NCBI GenBank assembly: GCA_012295275.1 | Contig: CM022669.1 | Coordinates: 11,718,001 to 11,782,000, forward strand | Length of the DNA: 64,000 nt | DNA from: Chrysomallon squamiferum | Taxonomy: Eukaryota; Animalia; Mollusca | Direction: 5' to 3' | Shown here: positions 22,812 through 45,980 of the stretch, piece by piece | How positions within the stretch are numbered: position 1 is the stretch's first letter | How the letters are laid out: every line of letters starts with the position of its first letter | Translations under genes and position numbers: made by a program | Notes under the pieces: model-generated | The model's input: the letters and a program-made list of their open reading frames with translations, nothing else | Database searches by the model: none | Told to the model about the DNA's origin: nothing

Positions 22812-23747
22812 AAATAAGAGTATTATATATCAAATACATAAGAAAAGAAATAAGAAACAAAGATAGATAGCTAGATAGATAGATGAATGTAAAAGGTTTA
22901 CTATTAATACGAAACCATTGTGTGATAAAATGATGAAAGTTGAGCTTGCTTTCAAATAAAATGATAATCAGTCTTGTTAATATTAAGTCAAGATAAAACA
23001 GTCATCATTGATCGCTGAAGTTTGTCACTTAATCATGTGGAAATAAAAAAGGCATACAAGATCAGGATCCTCTTCCTGGTCTTGTTTGTATAATAAAACT
23101 AAACAATTGCCAATGATCAATGAGAATTATAATAAAGAGAATAAACTGCGGTTTACAGTCCAATTTACTGAAGGCAATTAACAAGAATCGATCAAGTAAG
23201 ACTGACATTATTATTATACAACAGAAGTAAATGTTTCAATAACATTTCCTGCCTGAACTGTTCTCTTTTAAAACATCTTTACAGACACACACACAAACAC
23301 AATTCACGGTTCATTCAGCGAATGACTTGTATTTCCTGAATTATATGTGTCGCCATGTGAAATAAAATGGATCAGTAAATAAATCATCTTCTCTTAGATT
23401 ATACTCAAAATTCTGAAGAATGTGTAGACAATAAGAGAAAGTAAAACAAAACATATCAAGTCAGGTTTATTCGATTAAGAAAAATCTCAGTTTTCACACA
23501 TATTTCATACCGAGACATTTATCACCATGTGGTTAATATTTTGTAAAAGACCACGTTACACATCACATAATAGGATTTGTTTCGTTGTTTATATTTCAAT
23601 CTAACTGCTTCATGCAATATATAAAAGAATTACAAAGAGAGCTTTATGTTTCGAAATCTTTATTTACTGACTTTCGTTTTCAGTTTGAAATAAGGTAATG
23701 TTTATTGACATCACAAAAGAAAATCAGAATATCAAAGGAAGCGAAAG

Positions 23748-25776
23748 TTAACAAAGTCCACACAGTTTCGAACAGGGCTTTCTAATAAATTCAAATATGC
23801 AAGAAGCGTTGGTCCAGGCCTTACAAATTTCAAGTTCGGGTTTTGAACAGTCAACTGAAATACAAAGAAAACATTAATTATTTCACCGTTGCAGGATGCC
23901 AGCGTTTAGTCAGTAAATGCATAACACTGTTTAAGTTGTTCAGCACATCTGTGTGGATTTTTAACTTTTAATTTTTTGTTTTTTAAATTTGTTTTAAATG
24001 TTTTTAGTTGGACGTAAAAATAACACACATATAAAAGATTCATTTGTCCTATAGTGATGTAAGGTCGGATTGTTATATAAACATTAGTCATTAATTCTTC
24101 TTTTATTTATTTATTTATTCATTTATTCGTGTTAATATAGCGTACAATATAAGATAGTGAAATAGAGATTGGTATATGTACGTATGTGTGTGTTCATAAT
24201 AAATCTGTTTTTCAATTTTTTATTAAATTAGTTCGTTGTTTTATAATTTCTTATCAAATATTACTGATCTTTACACATTAAACTAAAACAAAAAAGGTGT
24301 TTACAGAGACTTACGTTCACATTTGCAAGTATCCATATTCAGTGTTTCAGTCTTTCTGCAGACCTTCCGATTACAACGAAATGCATCTTAAATGAATTTA
24401 AGTATGAATAAACACAATTTTAAAGGCAGCGTAAAGGATATAGGCTCTTAGTTTAACTATGTTATCGAATGTTGTTGAAATACACACATACATCGGCTTT
24501 TACATGTGAAAATAGCAGTCTGCTTCTGTAAATATGTCTTTATTTCTTAACTGATATACCTCAGTGATTACAGTATTATGTGCTAAAACTGATGACTCCC
24601 CTGGTTAGTCTTCTGCCGAGTTCGTTTAGCTTTTTCACCGACGAGGTTCCCTGACTACGGAAAGATTTTTGATAACCGTTGCCCAAGGAACTACTGTCAC
24701 TTATTACAATGGCTATAATTTTATACTCTCATCATTATTACTCACTGTTCTTGTTATGGTCCAACTGATATTCACCACTGAATAATAATAATAATAATAA
24801 TGGCAACAGCAACAACAGTAACAACAATAATGATAATAAATATAATGACAATATTATCACATGATCACTTACCTAACTCACAGCTGTCGCCGTAAAAGTC
24901 ATCTAATATACAGTTACAACTGCATGTTTTAATATCTAATACTCCGATGTGATAACACAGCCTGCTTTTGCAGTCTTCAAATAAATAAATAAATAAAAAT
25001 AATCATAATTATAATCATAAAATAATTTATTACTATTATTATTATACTGCTATTAGTACTGGCAGTGTTATTTCTGTTGCTGCTGCTGCTAAAACAATAA
25101 GGATTAATACTTCTATTACCGTCACCATGACTACTACTACTACCACCACCACCACCACTACAGCACTACAGCTACCAGCTACCAAAACCATATTACAACT
25201 ATATACGACCGCTACCATTACTACTGCTGCTGCTAAATCAAGGGTTAACACATCTATTACTGTGACAACCACTACTAGTACTACTGTTATTACTACTATT
25301 ACTACTGTTATCACAACTACTGAACTACTACACCTACTACAACTATATACGACTACTACGATTACTACTATTATTACTACTGCTGCTGTTAAACAAGGAT
25401 TAACATTTCTGTTACTATCATCACCTGCGATACTATTAAACTTATCACCAAAACCTCACTGCAAATACGTACGACTACTACGATTAATACTAGTATTATT
25501 ATCAGTAATTACTGCTTTTGCTGCTGCTGCTGCTCCTAAAACTTCGATTACCATCACCACAACAACTTCTACAACTACTACTACCATCAAAAATGATAAA
25601 ACTACTACTGTTTGAACTGCTGTTATTGCTGCTGCTAAAACAAGGATTAAAACTACTTTGACCTCCATTCTACTATCACATCTACAAGTACTACAAAAGC
25701 TACTGCTTCTAAAAATGAGATCGCCATTACTTCTACTACCACTACTACTGAAATTATTATTTTTATTATTATTATA

Positions 25777-25813
<37 letters not shown>

Positions 25814-26814
25814 GTGTAAATGGATAAATGATAAACATTTATTATTGTGTCTTCAGTATTACTGCAAGTCGTTATTTCATTACAATGTACTGTGTTTAAA
25901 ATGTAGGTTTTAGATTATCACCTGCATAAATATTCTTACCGCAGAGTTTATCAGAACACGAATTCGGGCAGGCCGCACAAGATGGACCTTCTCTGTATGG
26001 ATGAGCGTAGTATCCAACTGATCTGAAAATAAAACTTTAAAAAAAAAAGAGAGAAAACAGTTGTACTGTCTTTAAACATTGTATCGTGATACTTCTTTTC
26101 ATAACATTGATGATTTTGACTGAATTAGAGATGGAAAATCTAAGAATGTACATTATCATGATCATTTTTGACTAGACCAAATACTGTGAATCTCAGAACG
26201 TACATAATGCTGATGATTTGGACTGTATTAAGTACTTTAAATCTCAGAATGTTCATCATGTTGATAATTGTGACTAGATTAAACATTGTAAATACTTAAA
26301 GTTATTAAGTGATGAAGAAATTCACAAATAATAAATTATGAATTGTATAAAACAAATAAAGAAGAAGAAAAAGGTTCTTGTTTCGAAATAATTTACTTTA
26401 TTAATATGTTATTTAATGTTTAATTCACAGAATGTTCTTGCAAGAAATATGAAGTGATCTACGAGGGAGGGGACTGTAGTCCAGTGGTTATAGCGCTGAA
26501 CCGATGTACAAAATGTTGGAAGTTCAGTTATTTTTAGAATGATTCTTACATCATTTCCTTATCCAAAAATGTATTTAGCAATTCCTATCTGTGGAGATTT
26601 CAATAAATTATTTAATTATTTAAAATATACCAATCAGAACAGCCGAAAGTTCGTACATATATATATATATATATATATAAATCAACATAAGTGAGTAAAA
26701 TTAATATTAATGTGTCGAGAATATATATGTATATTTTTCAACATTCTCTTATTGATTCATTCCCAGAATTAAATTTCATTTAATAATACTACTACTAATA
26801 ATAATAACAATAAT

Positions 26815-26873
<59 letters not shown>

Positions 26874-27324
26874 GTTGTAGTAGTAATATAGTAGTAGTAG
26901 TAGTTATCATATTTGCAGTAGTAGTATTAGTAATAAATAAATAATAATAATAATAATAACAACAATAACAATAATAATAATAATAATAATAACAACAACA
27001 ATAATAATGACATAAACAACAGTATTAAGTCATTTATTTTCAGTGAGAAATATTTATTTAATAAATTAAAATGTTTTAGTCTGTCGACTGAATTACCGAA
27101 ATTAAATTTAAACTTACGATGGTGCATAGTTGCATACGAAGATACGCCTGTAAAAATACGCCGTTCTGCAAATGGAATATCCGCAGCCAACTCTAGATGT
27201 TTCTCCAGACACAAGCTATTTATCAAATTGACTCGATATAATTTTATACCTCATTCTGTCTGTATTACTTCCACATCTTACATATGTATTTATATATATC
27301 TATTTTGTGTATATATATATATAT

Positions 27325-27356
<32 letters not shown>

Positions 27357-29710
27357 TCATACATATATATATATCTAGATATATATATACATTATATATA
27401 TATATATATTTTATTTGTATGTATGTATGTATGTATGTATGTATGTATGTATGTATCTGCGTATGTATATGTATATGTATCTTTATTTTGAATTTGTGCG
27501 TATGTATAAATCTATGTATCTTTGTATGTATCAACTTATGTATATGTGTGTATTTATGTATGCATGCATGCATGCATGTTTTTAATGTATGATTCTGCAT
27601 ATGTATCTGTATGTAGTAGAGATGATATATATTTACGTTGATGTAATCATAAACCGGCTTATAAGGATGGATAATGCCCTCGCTATAGTCAAAGTGTCTC
27701 CATTGATCATACCATCCTCTTATTGCTGATATAAAATTGCGAGAACCATAGGCAAGATTTTGACCAATATACACACCGGGGTATTCTAAAAGGAGGAAAT
27801 ACATTTTAGTTGTGAAAAGAATTTATAAAAAACGAAAAGGTTATAGATAACAAATCGTTAACAATCGTAGGAAAAGCATACAGAGAGAGAATATATAGAA
27901 ATAAGCCGATACAAGTATATTCACAGAAACAAAATTTGCATAAACACACAAGACATTTACTCATATGTACAGTATTAATGTCAATGACAGATATAATGAG
28001 AAAAATAACAACATTTTAAACAGATACTATGTAGACAGTTATGTGTCGATAAATTTTGATCTTTAACTCTATTCCTCTGTACATACACAGACCAAAGACA
28101 GATAGACAAAAATATATATATATATATATACATACAAATAAAAAAAATATTTAGCAGTAACATAACATTTATGAATTAAATTCTCATGAATCATCATTAC
28201 TTAATATCGAATGATAATACAAACAAAAATAAAAGCAAACAAAAAGTAATCAATAAATAATAAGAAATAAGAAAACAACAAAACAAACAAATATATCAAT
28301 AAATAAACGAATAAATAAATAAATAAATAAATAATAAATAAATAAATAAATAAATAAACAAATAAATAAATAAATAATAAATAAATAAATAAATAAGAAG
28401 AATCCCAAACAAAAACTACCATAGAAATCAATAAAAACGAAACTAATAAATAAATAAATAAATAAATATATAAATAATTGTGTAAATGAATAAACAAACA
28501 ACCAAATAAGAGAATGAATAAACAAACAAACAAATAAACAGACAAAAAAACAAACAAAAAAGTAAATAAGTAAGCAAACGAAAAAAGAAATGTATAAATG
28601 TCTTGCCTGGAACAGCACTTGTTTTGTATTGGTCGTTTCTAAAAGTACACTGACGTGCCCATTTACCCGCCACCATGGCGAGTCTCTCATCCCACCTCTT
28701 AAACAAACAAATAAATATATATATATATATATATATACACATACAATCTGGAAGAAATCAGGAACTTTCCACATCTCGGAAAGGTTTATTGATGTAAATA
28801 TACTGAAAATTACAATCAGCAAAGATCACAAGGAGTAACTTGATGCTAAAACAGCAGAAAAGTGTCTGAGTATATTCTTGTAAGTCATGTCTTAATATGT
28901 CACGTAACTGTAAATTTCCTTCCGATATCTGTCATTTGTATCGTGTCATGAGATCCCAGATAAATTTGAGTTATTATTGTTTGAGAAGCTGCGCTACCCC
29001 AAACGTTAACTAAGCAGACGTTTCTGAAGTTTACAGTTTACAGAATTAGTGATTTAAATACATACACATTGCTACCTGGCCTGCGAAATACTATGAAAAC
29101 TGATACAGTGATACTGACTAAATTGGTGAAGCACCTATTCAGTACTGCCTTCATTCCATTAGTGTCTCTCTAGATGGATATAACATGTGGATAGGTTTCT
29201 ACAGATGAATGATAATATTTCTTTATTTTTGAAAGTGTCATGCAGTCCTTTGTGGAAACCTTTAGAAATATTTATTGTATTAACAAATGTAACCTGTCTT
29301 ACGAGAAAAGTGATTTACGATTGTCGTAAAACTGTTTTGTGCAACATGAGAAACTTTTACGGCTGTGAGTAGTAGTGCCTACTGGAGTTAACTACAACTA
29401 CTTAAATCTCGATGAAAATGAACTGGCAGATTTTTACCATTTTATTCATATCCATGGCTGAGGGTAAAACATTTTTGCGGTAATGGTTATGTAAATTTAC
29501 GATGGACTCTTTTTCAGCTTGCGTCAGTCGACCCTCAATGCCAATGTCCTTTTTACACATAGTGTGGTCTGGTGTCAGCTCCACATATTTCTGAGGACAC
29601 TCGGATCTCTGTAATGTCAATATTTGTGTAAGTATTATGATTGAAATTCTTTATAAAATAAGAACGAGAATGATATTGATACTACTATATATATGTATGT
29701 ATACATACAT

Positions 29711-29760
<50 letters not shown>

Positions 29761-29850
29761 ACATACATAGATACATATATATATACTCACACGCATAGAT
29801 ATGTAGATAGCTAGATAGATAGATGATAGATATTATATACACACAAATGT

Positions 29851-29891
<41 letters not shown>

Positions 29892-30144
29892 GTATGTGCA
29901 TGTGTATATTAGTGTATAGATATGTTTGGATATGTGTGTATGTCTACGTATGCATATATTAGCGTGCACATGAGTTTGTTTGATGTTGTTTTTTGTTGGG
30001 GTTTTTTAATATTATTATTATTGTGTGTGTATGTATATTTTTTTCTTATTTAGAATAAAAATAAAATAACATTTACATTAGCTATCTTCACTTGACCTGC
30101 GTCAAAGCTGGCTTCTATAGAAACAATAATAATGATAAACAAAA

Positions 30145-30199
<55 letters not shown>

Positions 30200-31006
30200 C
30201 GTAGGCTTTATTAATAATAATAATAATAATAATCATCATCATATTATTATTTTTATTATTATTATTATAAAAACGAAAACCATCGATTCATCCTAACTGA
30301 TCATTTCAACAGAACACTTAGATCTAGTATTTATTTTTTTTTTATTATTATTTTTATTTTTTTTATTTATTTATTTATTTATTTAAATTTTTTCACTATC
30401 TGCCATGTTTTTGACAAAATCTTTATGGTCGTCTGCAGAAGTAAACAGTAGAATAACAGAAAAACATTCCTATTCACGAACGACAACTCAGAAATGATGT
30501 CACATTCATATATCAACTGAAAAGATCGAAAACATTTAATTCAATAAATCTACCTCTGTTAAGGTTTTTATAAAGTGTACGTATTGCTGAATAGATCTCG
30601 TAAATTAGATAAAAGCACCTTTTGAAACAATGTTGTTGTTGTTGTTTTTTTTGTCACTAAGGCTGACCTTTCTCTACGTTTGGAAGGTGGATTTTAGTCA
30701 GCTTTGAAACGGAATATGTTTGTCATATTTTTTCTTTTTTACGTTTGTTTATCTGCGACTGAATGATTTTCGACTCATACAAAACACATCTTGTGTATGT
30801 AAAACTGTAATATATCATTATGTTTGCTGCTCGGAAATGTTTTCGGAGCTTTTCGGATAACCGATCCTCAGCCTTTGAAATTAATACTATTAACGAAAAC
30901 AGCAATAATACTACAGCTGAAAATTAAATAACTTACTTTGTTCAAAGGTCCTACCTGCGTGGACAAATACAGTGTGATAGATCAAACTGATGACTAGAGC
31001 AGACAT
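23748..31006 (-). CDS. CAP-EGF-(half EGF)-ShKT secreted protein, paralog C (10 exons, 326 aa)
   Basis: Exons 30937-31006, 30077-30114, 29438-29608, 28607-28697, 27637-27785, 27118-27215, 25940-26022, 24873-24974, 24315-24386, 23748-23854 total 981 nt, open. Ends LDCSKPELEICKAWTNASCIFEFIRKPCSKLCGLC*. AATAAA on minus at 23701-23706. Confidence 0.92.
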
Positions 31007-31324
31007 GACCAATAATCGAGAAGTATTCTGAGCCAAACTGCTAGTTATATACTGTATTAATGAATAATAGTAAGAGCAATAATAAAACTAAAATATATAC
31101 ACGTATGAAATATTAGCATAAAATGAAAAACAATAAGGATAAAAAAATATATATATATATACAGACACGTCTACAAATCTATTTATTACAGGTAAAAAAT
31201 TAAAAAAAGTAAAAGAAAAAATTTAAAAACTAAAAGAAATAAAAATAAAATAAAATAAAAGTAATTAAAATGACATAAGTATGACAAGAGTGAAGGACAG
31301 CCTGCAATTATTCGTCAGTGCGGT

Positions 31325-31378
<54 letters not shown>

Positions 31379-31544
31379 CATCTGCTGCTTTCCTCTTTTT
31401 ATTCATTCTGATCCAAATCTGTTATGTAACCATCCAAGTGGTTATTTCATTATTGTATATTTTAATTCTCTACTATTCATTTGTGTCGTAAACAGTTTAC
31501 AAAGCTTTTGTTAGCAGAATTACCGGATTTTTTACTTAAAATTG

Positions 31545-32460
31545 CCGGCTACTGAGAGGTAAAAGTCAATATAAAAATAAAAAAAAATAAAATAATGATT
31601 TTCTGTAAAGGGAGAAAACTCCGTGATTACATATTTAAATTCGATGGTGAGATTATTAATATAGTTGATAAATATTACTCTCTGGCCATACACTTCACAA
31701 GAAACTAAAGCTAAAAGTCGTCAGAATAATTTCTCCATCGATTCCATATTTGACTTAGATGACAAACTTGTACAAAAAATTGTACTGTATGGTTGTGAAA
31801 TACGTGATTTTACAAATGTAGGTTTAAAAGGACGACTTCATATGAATTTCTATAAATATTTGCAAAATCTCAATAAATGTATCCATTGTTTTATGATTTA
31901 TGCTGAACTATGTATTTCTTTAAAAGTAAGAATGATAATCTTTTTGGGGAAGCTAATTTGTAAAAGTCAAAACAAAAATCTCTCAACTCTATTATTTAAT
32001 TCATGTTATTGATTCTACGTGGATCAAATTTGTAAAAGCATACATATATGAACATTTCATAACTTTGATAATGTTGAATGGTAAAGTGAAATGATATTCA
32101 AAATATTACAAGATCAAGTTCTACAAATATGGAAAAATGAAATAAAACTTCTCCAAAAGGGTATTAATTATAAAATATTCAAACATTTATTGAAATTATA
32201 AAATTATCTTACAGTGCAATCTCGAAAGAATGTTAATTTTTTTGTGTAAATTTAGAACCTCTAATGTTAAACTACCTATAGAAAATGTCATATTTATAAT
32301 CTGAAAAAAGAAATGGAAATGAATATCACTGTATATGCGAATGTAATATTTTTATATTATAAAATACGGGACCAGGTATACGACATAAATGTATATGAGA
32401 CATCTAAATATATAAATTCATATAAAAATATGTTTAACAGCAAAGTATGTTAATATTAAA
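31545..32460 (+). mobile_element. Degraded LINE fragment (longest copy)
   Basis: ORF 31665-32012 ..IFDLDDKLVQKIVLYGCEIRDF..LHMNFYKYL..FMIYAEL..LKVRMIIFLGKL, continuing ..LQDQVLQIWKNEIKTSPKGINYKIFK.. Confidence 0.7.
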
Positions 32461-34134
32461 AAAGTTACATTTATTAATAAATGTGAGATAGCATTTGCTG
32501 CACGTTATAATTACCACACATCTGCCATTTTAATTTTATTGTTATATATATATATATATATACAGTATATTCCTCTTTGTACTATATTTCAACAGGTTAC
32601 GACAATAAACTTACTGTCATTGTCATTGGCATGTTTATTACATACTAAATAGCGTGTTGTGTTTTGGTAGATCGGATTGTATATTGTTTTTTTTTTTTTT
32701 TTTTGACAGATGACGTTGGCACGTTTTAATTAATGTTTATTTATCCTAAGCAGATTTATTGTTTGAATCGTAATTATTGTGTTTTATTATGTTTTGTGTT
32801 TAACTTGAATGTACTAAGTTTGCCACCCTGGCATGTTTACTCCATACCAATCATAATTCAGATACAACAACCTACACGTTCCTCTGACCTACTAAATAAA
32901 GACTCTAACACTGGTACAATAATAAATCATATTTCCAGCCTCTCTCTCAATGCGACAGCATCGTGTGTGGAAGACATTTAATGGTGACATGTTTTATATA
33001 ACTAAGTTTCTTTATCATTTTTATTTTATAAATGTTATTCAGAGCCGAACTGCCAATTACATACACTATTAATGAAGGAGCAATAATAATATGTTTGTGT
33101 GGCGTTTATACTGAGAATGTGTCGTTTTAAATAAATCTCAGATTAAGTAAGCAGTCTAATGAAAGAACGCAAATATTCAAGCAAAACGTGCCAATATAAT
33201 CAAATCAAATAAAAGCAATTAAAACGGTATATCTAAGACACGTACAAACGACAGCCAGTAGTTACTCGTCAGTGTCTGTTTAATCTGGTGTTCTCTTGTT
33301 TTTATTGATTATGATCGAAATCGGTTACGTAACCATGTAAGCTGATATTTTATGTTTTAATCGCCTGTTTTTCATTTGCTCTGTAACAACTCCTGGCATG
33401 TTTCATACATACTAAATTGCTTATTGCGTTGCGTCGTAAAATGTCCTCTATTTACTGTTGACGTTGGCAGGTTGTAATTAATGTTTACTTATCCTAAGCA
33501 AATTTATTGTTTAAAGTGTAAGTAGTGTTTTTTTTATGTGTTTGAATGTTTTATTATGTCTTCTTCTTGTTGTTGTTGTTTGTTTTTTTTTCATCTTGAA
33601 TATACGAAGTACCGCGTTTTTATTAATGTTTATTTACTCAGTGATGTTCATGTTTTAGTGTTTTCTTATGTTTCTTGTTTCACTTGAATAAACCAGTGTT
33701 GTCACTATAACAGTACCTGGTTTTAATTAATGTTTAGCGTTGTTCATGTTTGAGTGTTTTATTATGTTTTTATTTAATTTCAATATATTAACTTTACCAG
33801 GATGTCAGTACTAGGTTTTAATTAATGTTTATTTAATGTCCTTCATGTTTTAGTGTTTTATTATGTTTATCAAGAGTGAATGTGCAAGATCGAAACCAAA
33901 AAAAAAAATTGTTTACATAGTGAAAATAGTATAGAACACAGAATCTAAAAGAGAATAAAACTAATCCATTTTTTATTACCAATAGAGAAAAAATTATCTC
34001 TGAAAAGAAAATAAGATATGCGAATGATGTTTTGACTTGAATTACATTTTTATTATTAGTATTCTCTTTTATAATTAGTCTTTTTATTTTGCTTTTATTT
34101 TATGTTAATATTTCATACGTGTATATATTTTGAT

Positions 34135-34530
34135 ATTAGTGTATGTAATTGACAATACTGTATCTTTTATTCAGTAACCTGTCAGAAATGTAATTAGTCT
34201 GATGTAATACCAAAAAATAATAAAATAATAAAATAAAAATATAAAATATAAATAAAAATAAAAATAAAATAAAATAAAAGCCCTGAGGAAACTGATCAAA
34301 ATAAAAAACCCAACAAATTACATATATATATATGTATATATATACAAACGTACAGACACATACACACACACACATATATATATATATACATGAGTGTATG
34401 TGTGTATATATATATATATATATATTGTTGTGTGTATATATATATGTTTATTTTAATTATTGTGTCTATAGAGGTTAGCTTTGTCGCAGGTCAGGTGAAG
34501 ACGGTTAAATTAAATACTATTTTAATTTAT
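34135..34530 (+). pseudogene. CAP paralog remnant G (promoter stub plus exon 2 with dead donor)
   Basis: TSS-like 'agtgtatgtaattgac' at ~34138. Exon-2 copy 'tatag|AGGTTAGCTTTGTCGCAGGTCAGGTGAAGACGGTTAAA' at 34472-34509 is followed by 'ttaaat' instead of the 'gtaaat' donor. Confidence 0.6.
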
Positions 34531-34545
34531 ACAGTATTATTATTA

Positions 34546-34583
<38 letters not shown>

Positions 34584-36116
34584 TATTATTATTATTATTG
34601 TCGTTGTTGTTGCTATTGATGTGGAAACATACTGAAACAACCATATATATATATATTTGTTTATTATTGTTACGTAAACAAGAAGAACAAGAGAGAGAGA
34701 GAGAGAGAGAGAGTACAAACATACCAACGCAGGTATATACATACACGTACATCCACACATACCTACAAACACGTACAGACAAACACAAAAACACATATGT
34801 AAACATACTAGTATGTACATTTAGTGTGTTGTGCGGGGTTATAATTTGATTACGTGACGACGGTGCTAAATGCATGCGACTGTGTTAGGCGCCACGTGTC
34901 AGTACTACACATGCCAATGATACTGAAGAATATATTACACATCTATGACAACATAATTAAAATGCACATGCGTGGAAATTTAATGTGGAGCATATACTCT
35001 CTCATATATTGTTCTTACTAATAAACGTAACTTTTTTAATATTAACATATTTTTATATGAAAACATATTTGGATCTCTCCTATATTTATCTCGTACGTCT
35101 TCTCTCTATATTTAATAACACAGGATCATTAAATTAAAATCCATAATGGTCTTATTGATCTCCAGCTTTGTCAAGATCACAGACAAGACATTTTCTAGTT
35201 TCTTTTAGAATATTTAATCATCGTCCAGTTAAAGGCTGTAAATTTACATAAGAAATTAGCAATCTGTTAGGATAGCATTGGAAAATATTATTTCTAATTT
35301 CAATACGTTTTGGAAACGCTTATAATTAATACCTTTGGAGAGGTTTCAGTTTCATCGTTCCATATTTGTGAAAACTGATCTCGTAACATTATCAGTAATT
35401 TCTCTATTGAATTTAAATATATAATGATGGAATTTTTTCCCTTTACTGAAAATCATTATTTTAGTTTTATTTGTATTGACTTTTAGCCTCTATAAATCGT
35501 CAATAGTTGGCAAAAAATGTTAAAATTATGTCGTAAAACATCACGTGATTCTACTTAGAGAAGGTTTATAAACTATTACGGCATAAATGAATAATAGGCA
35601 ATTAAAATATATAACAATGAAATATATCCACTTAGATGGTTACGTAACCGATTTCGATCATAATCAATAAAAACAAGAGAACAAGAGAACACCAGATTAA
35701 AGAGACACTGACGAGTAACTACTGGCTGTCGTTTGTACGTTTTTAGATATACCGTTTTAATTGCTTTTATTTGATTTGATTATATTGGTGTGTTTGCTTG
35801 AATATTTGCGTTCTTTCATTAGACTGCTTACTTAATCTAACAGTCATTTAAAGCCACATATTCTTAGTACAAGCATCACCCATGAATAACTTTCATAAAA
35901 TACAAATGATAAAGAAATTTAGTTACGAAAAAAAAGATGCCGCCGTTAAATGCGAAATATTTAATATGCGATATTGCCGCATTTAGAGAGGTTGGAAATA
36001 TTCTGTTTTATTTTATGCTAATATTTCATACGTGCATATATTTAACATTATTATTGCTTTTACTGTTATTTATTAACAGTGTATGTAATTTGACAGTTTG
36101 GCTCAGGTTATCGGTC

Positions 36117-43477
<7,361 letters not shown>

Positions 43478-45980
43478 TATTCGCTTCCTTTCATACCAGA
43501 AAACAGAACTGTTTCTTTGTTTATGATTCATTTATATATTTCATCACTATTACTGACAAAAATATAAACACAGCAAAGCCTTAACTCGAGATTTTCAGAC
43601 TGTTAAAACTTCAAAACTGCTTTCAAAAATAATTTAATTTGCGTTGGTTATGAATGAAAAACAACAAAGACAACAAATAAACAACAACTAGACTAAACAT
43701 TTACCACATGATGATAAAAAACAGGTATGACATTTACCTGAAATAAAATTACTTCGATACGTTTTATTTTTACTCTCTGTTATTGTCTACAGATTCTTGA
43801 GAATTCTGAGTATAGTCTGAGAGAAGATTATTAACTTAACGACGCACTCATTTCATACGGCAACACATATAATTTAGAACAATACACGTGTTTAGCTGAA
43901 TCTTCGCTTACACGGGATCCTTTTCAGTTCCATCAGGCCCAGTCTGCCTGAAGTCTCCGAGCTTGAACATGAACTTGAAAAAAATGAACTTCCTAATCAG
44001 AGCAAGCTGTTCTGAAGCACGTCTACGACGGGCACGCTTTCTGACAGGTCAGCGGGCGTGTCCGTCGCAGAAAAGAGTTTTGGGTAGGGATAGAGAGTGG
44101 GTTCTCGTTACGATTGCAGGACACAAGAGAGTGTCCGGCATATCGGATTGTAACGAATCGGTCTCCGAGACAGACTTGGGACTTACATCCTCCGTCTGGA
44201 CGTGCAAGTTACCGACAGCCGGGACTGGATTGGTGAGTGCCAGAGCGTGTCCATACTCCAATAGATACTGTACCTCTGAGGCTGCAGATGCTCCGAGAAC
44301 CCGGTAACCCAGCCTGGGTTTAGGTTATCCTGCTGCTACAGCTGAGAGCGAGAGCTCTATAAGCCAGATGTCTTTACTATAGCACTGTATACATCAAACA
44401 TGTGGCTAATGTCCACCACACCACGAATAGCACTGAAACGTTCAGTTCTGTTGTACAATAACACTGTCTGCCACACTTTGCCGTCCCCGAAAAATAGAAA
44501 CATCTACTGGCCCAGTGTCTTCGGTTTCTCAACTGTCGTTGTGATTTAAAATTTGTCTTCTTGTTTGTGAATGTTTTTGTTTGTTTTTTTTTTTTTTTTT
44601 TTTTTTTCAGTGGCATTTAGATTTATATTTGTTATTTCTGCGATTGTGGCTATGACTTGAAAATAATATACTCTCCCTGTAAAAGGGTCACAGGCGAAAA
44701 GGCTACTTAACAAGTCATCTTTATTATTATTATACAGACTTTATCTTGATTCTGAAGAAAACTGCAACTTTTAAAAAAAAACAAATAATGATCCCTCTAA
44801 AGATTAACTTTCAGATTTTCTAATTTATCCCTTCTAAGTATATTTCATCATCAAGATCTTTTCACTTGATATAAAAAGTTTGTGCTAGAACTAGAACATA
44901 TAGAATGACATAAAAATAATACGCTTTGTTAGAGTCAATCTCGCTTCAGAATAGGCAATTAAAAATCAAAACAGTTTTATGACTGAAATCAGAATAAAAA
45001 GATCTTCAATTGTAGTTAAGAGGCAACCTTGAATTTCCCCAAAAGAAAATCACTTTTGATTACACCTAATGTCTGTAAATAAAAGAATAAATAAGAATAA
45101 CCGTGTGAAATTAATTTATTATAATATGTGTAAGTGTAAAATACGAGATGACTTGGCCGCTGGAACTAGAGCCAGCCATTGCTACATGTTAACCAACTGA
45201 TATCGGCGTCCAAAACATTTTACCTAATTTTATTTGTATAGGAAAACTGTCCAAATCATTTTATCATTGTACTACTAGATTAATATTAGATTTGTATTTC
45301 GGATCTATATAGTTAATTTCCTATACTATGCTAAATACTCGCTGATAAATAGTCTTCATTTCTTTTACATCGATCTTAATTTATATCTAATAGCAACACA
45401 TTCATCATAATCAAATATTATTTATAATGTCTAGGACCCACTGGTACACACTTCTTTAGTAAATTCAATATCACTAACGAGCCGAAAGAGATGAAAATGA
45501 TCATGACTATGAAATCAACCTAGACATCAAGACAAGGGAAAAATCAGTAAAAATAAACAATAACTACTAATCGTTAAATAAACCTTTTATTTTATACTCT
45601 GTGTCTCCCGGATTTCTCACTTATTCAGATGTGCTGGAAATAATAAAAATGAGTACTACACTTCAACACACACGCAACAACAGCTATGACTATAGCTTAT
45701 GTTTATTTTTGGTTGCTCTCAAAACGTTCTATCAAATGCAATTTTAGAATAGATGAGAGTACCTTTAGTAATAATAATAATAACAGCAACAACAACAACA
45801 AACAGCAATAATCATCATAATAATAATTTTCAAATTTAAACAGGATAAATATCTAATAGTATAATAATATTATATAAACACACACACACACACACACACA
45901 CACAGAGACACACACTCGTGTGTATTTAATTACACTTTTCTGATATCTAAATAAATAATTAATATTATAATACTAATTTG

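Noticed and set aside
25127-25615. Thr-rich mucin-like ORF (and similar ORFs at 263-922 and 13024-13355)
   Set aside because: Antisense to the host gene, derived from ACT repeats, and frames are not conserved among paralogous introns
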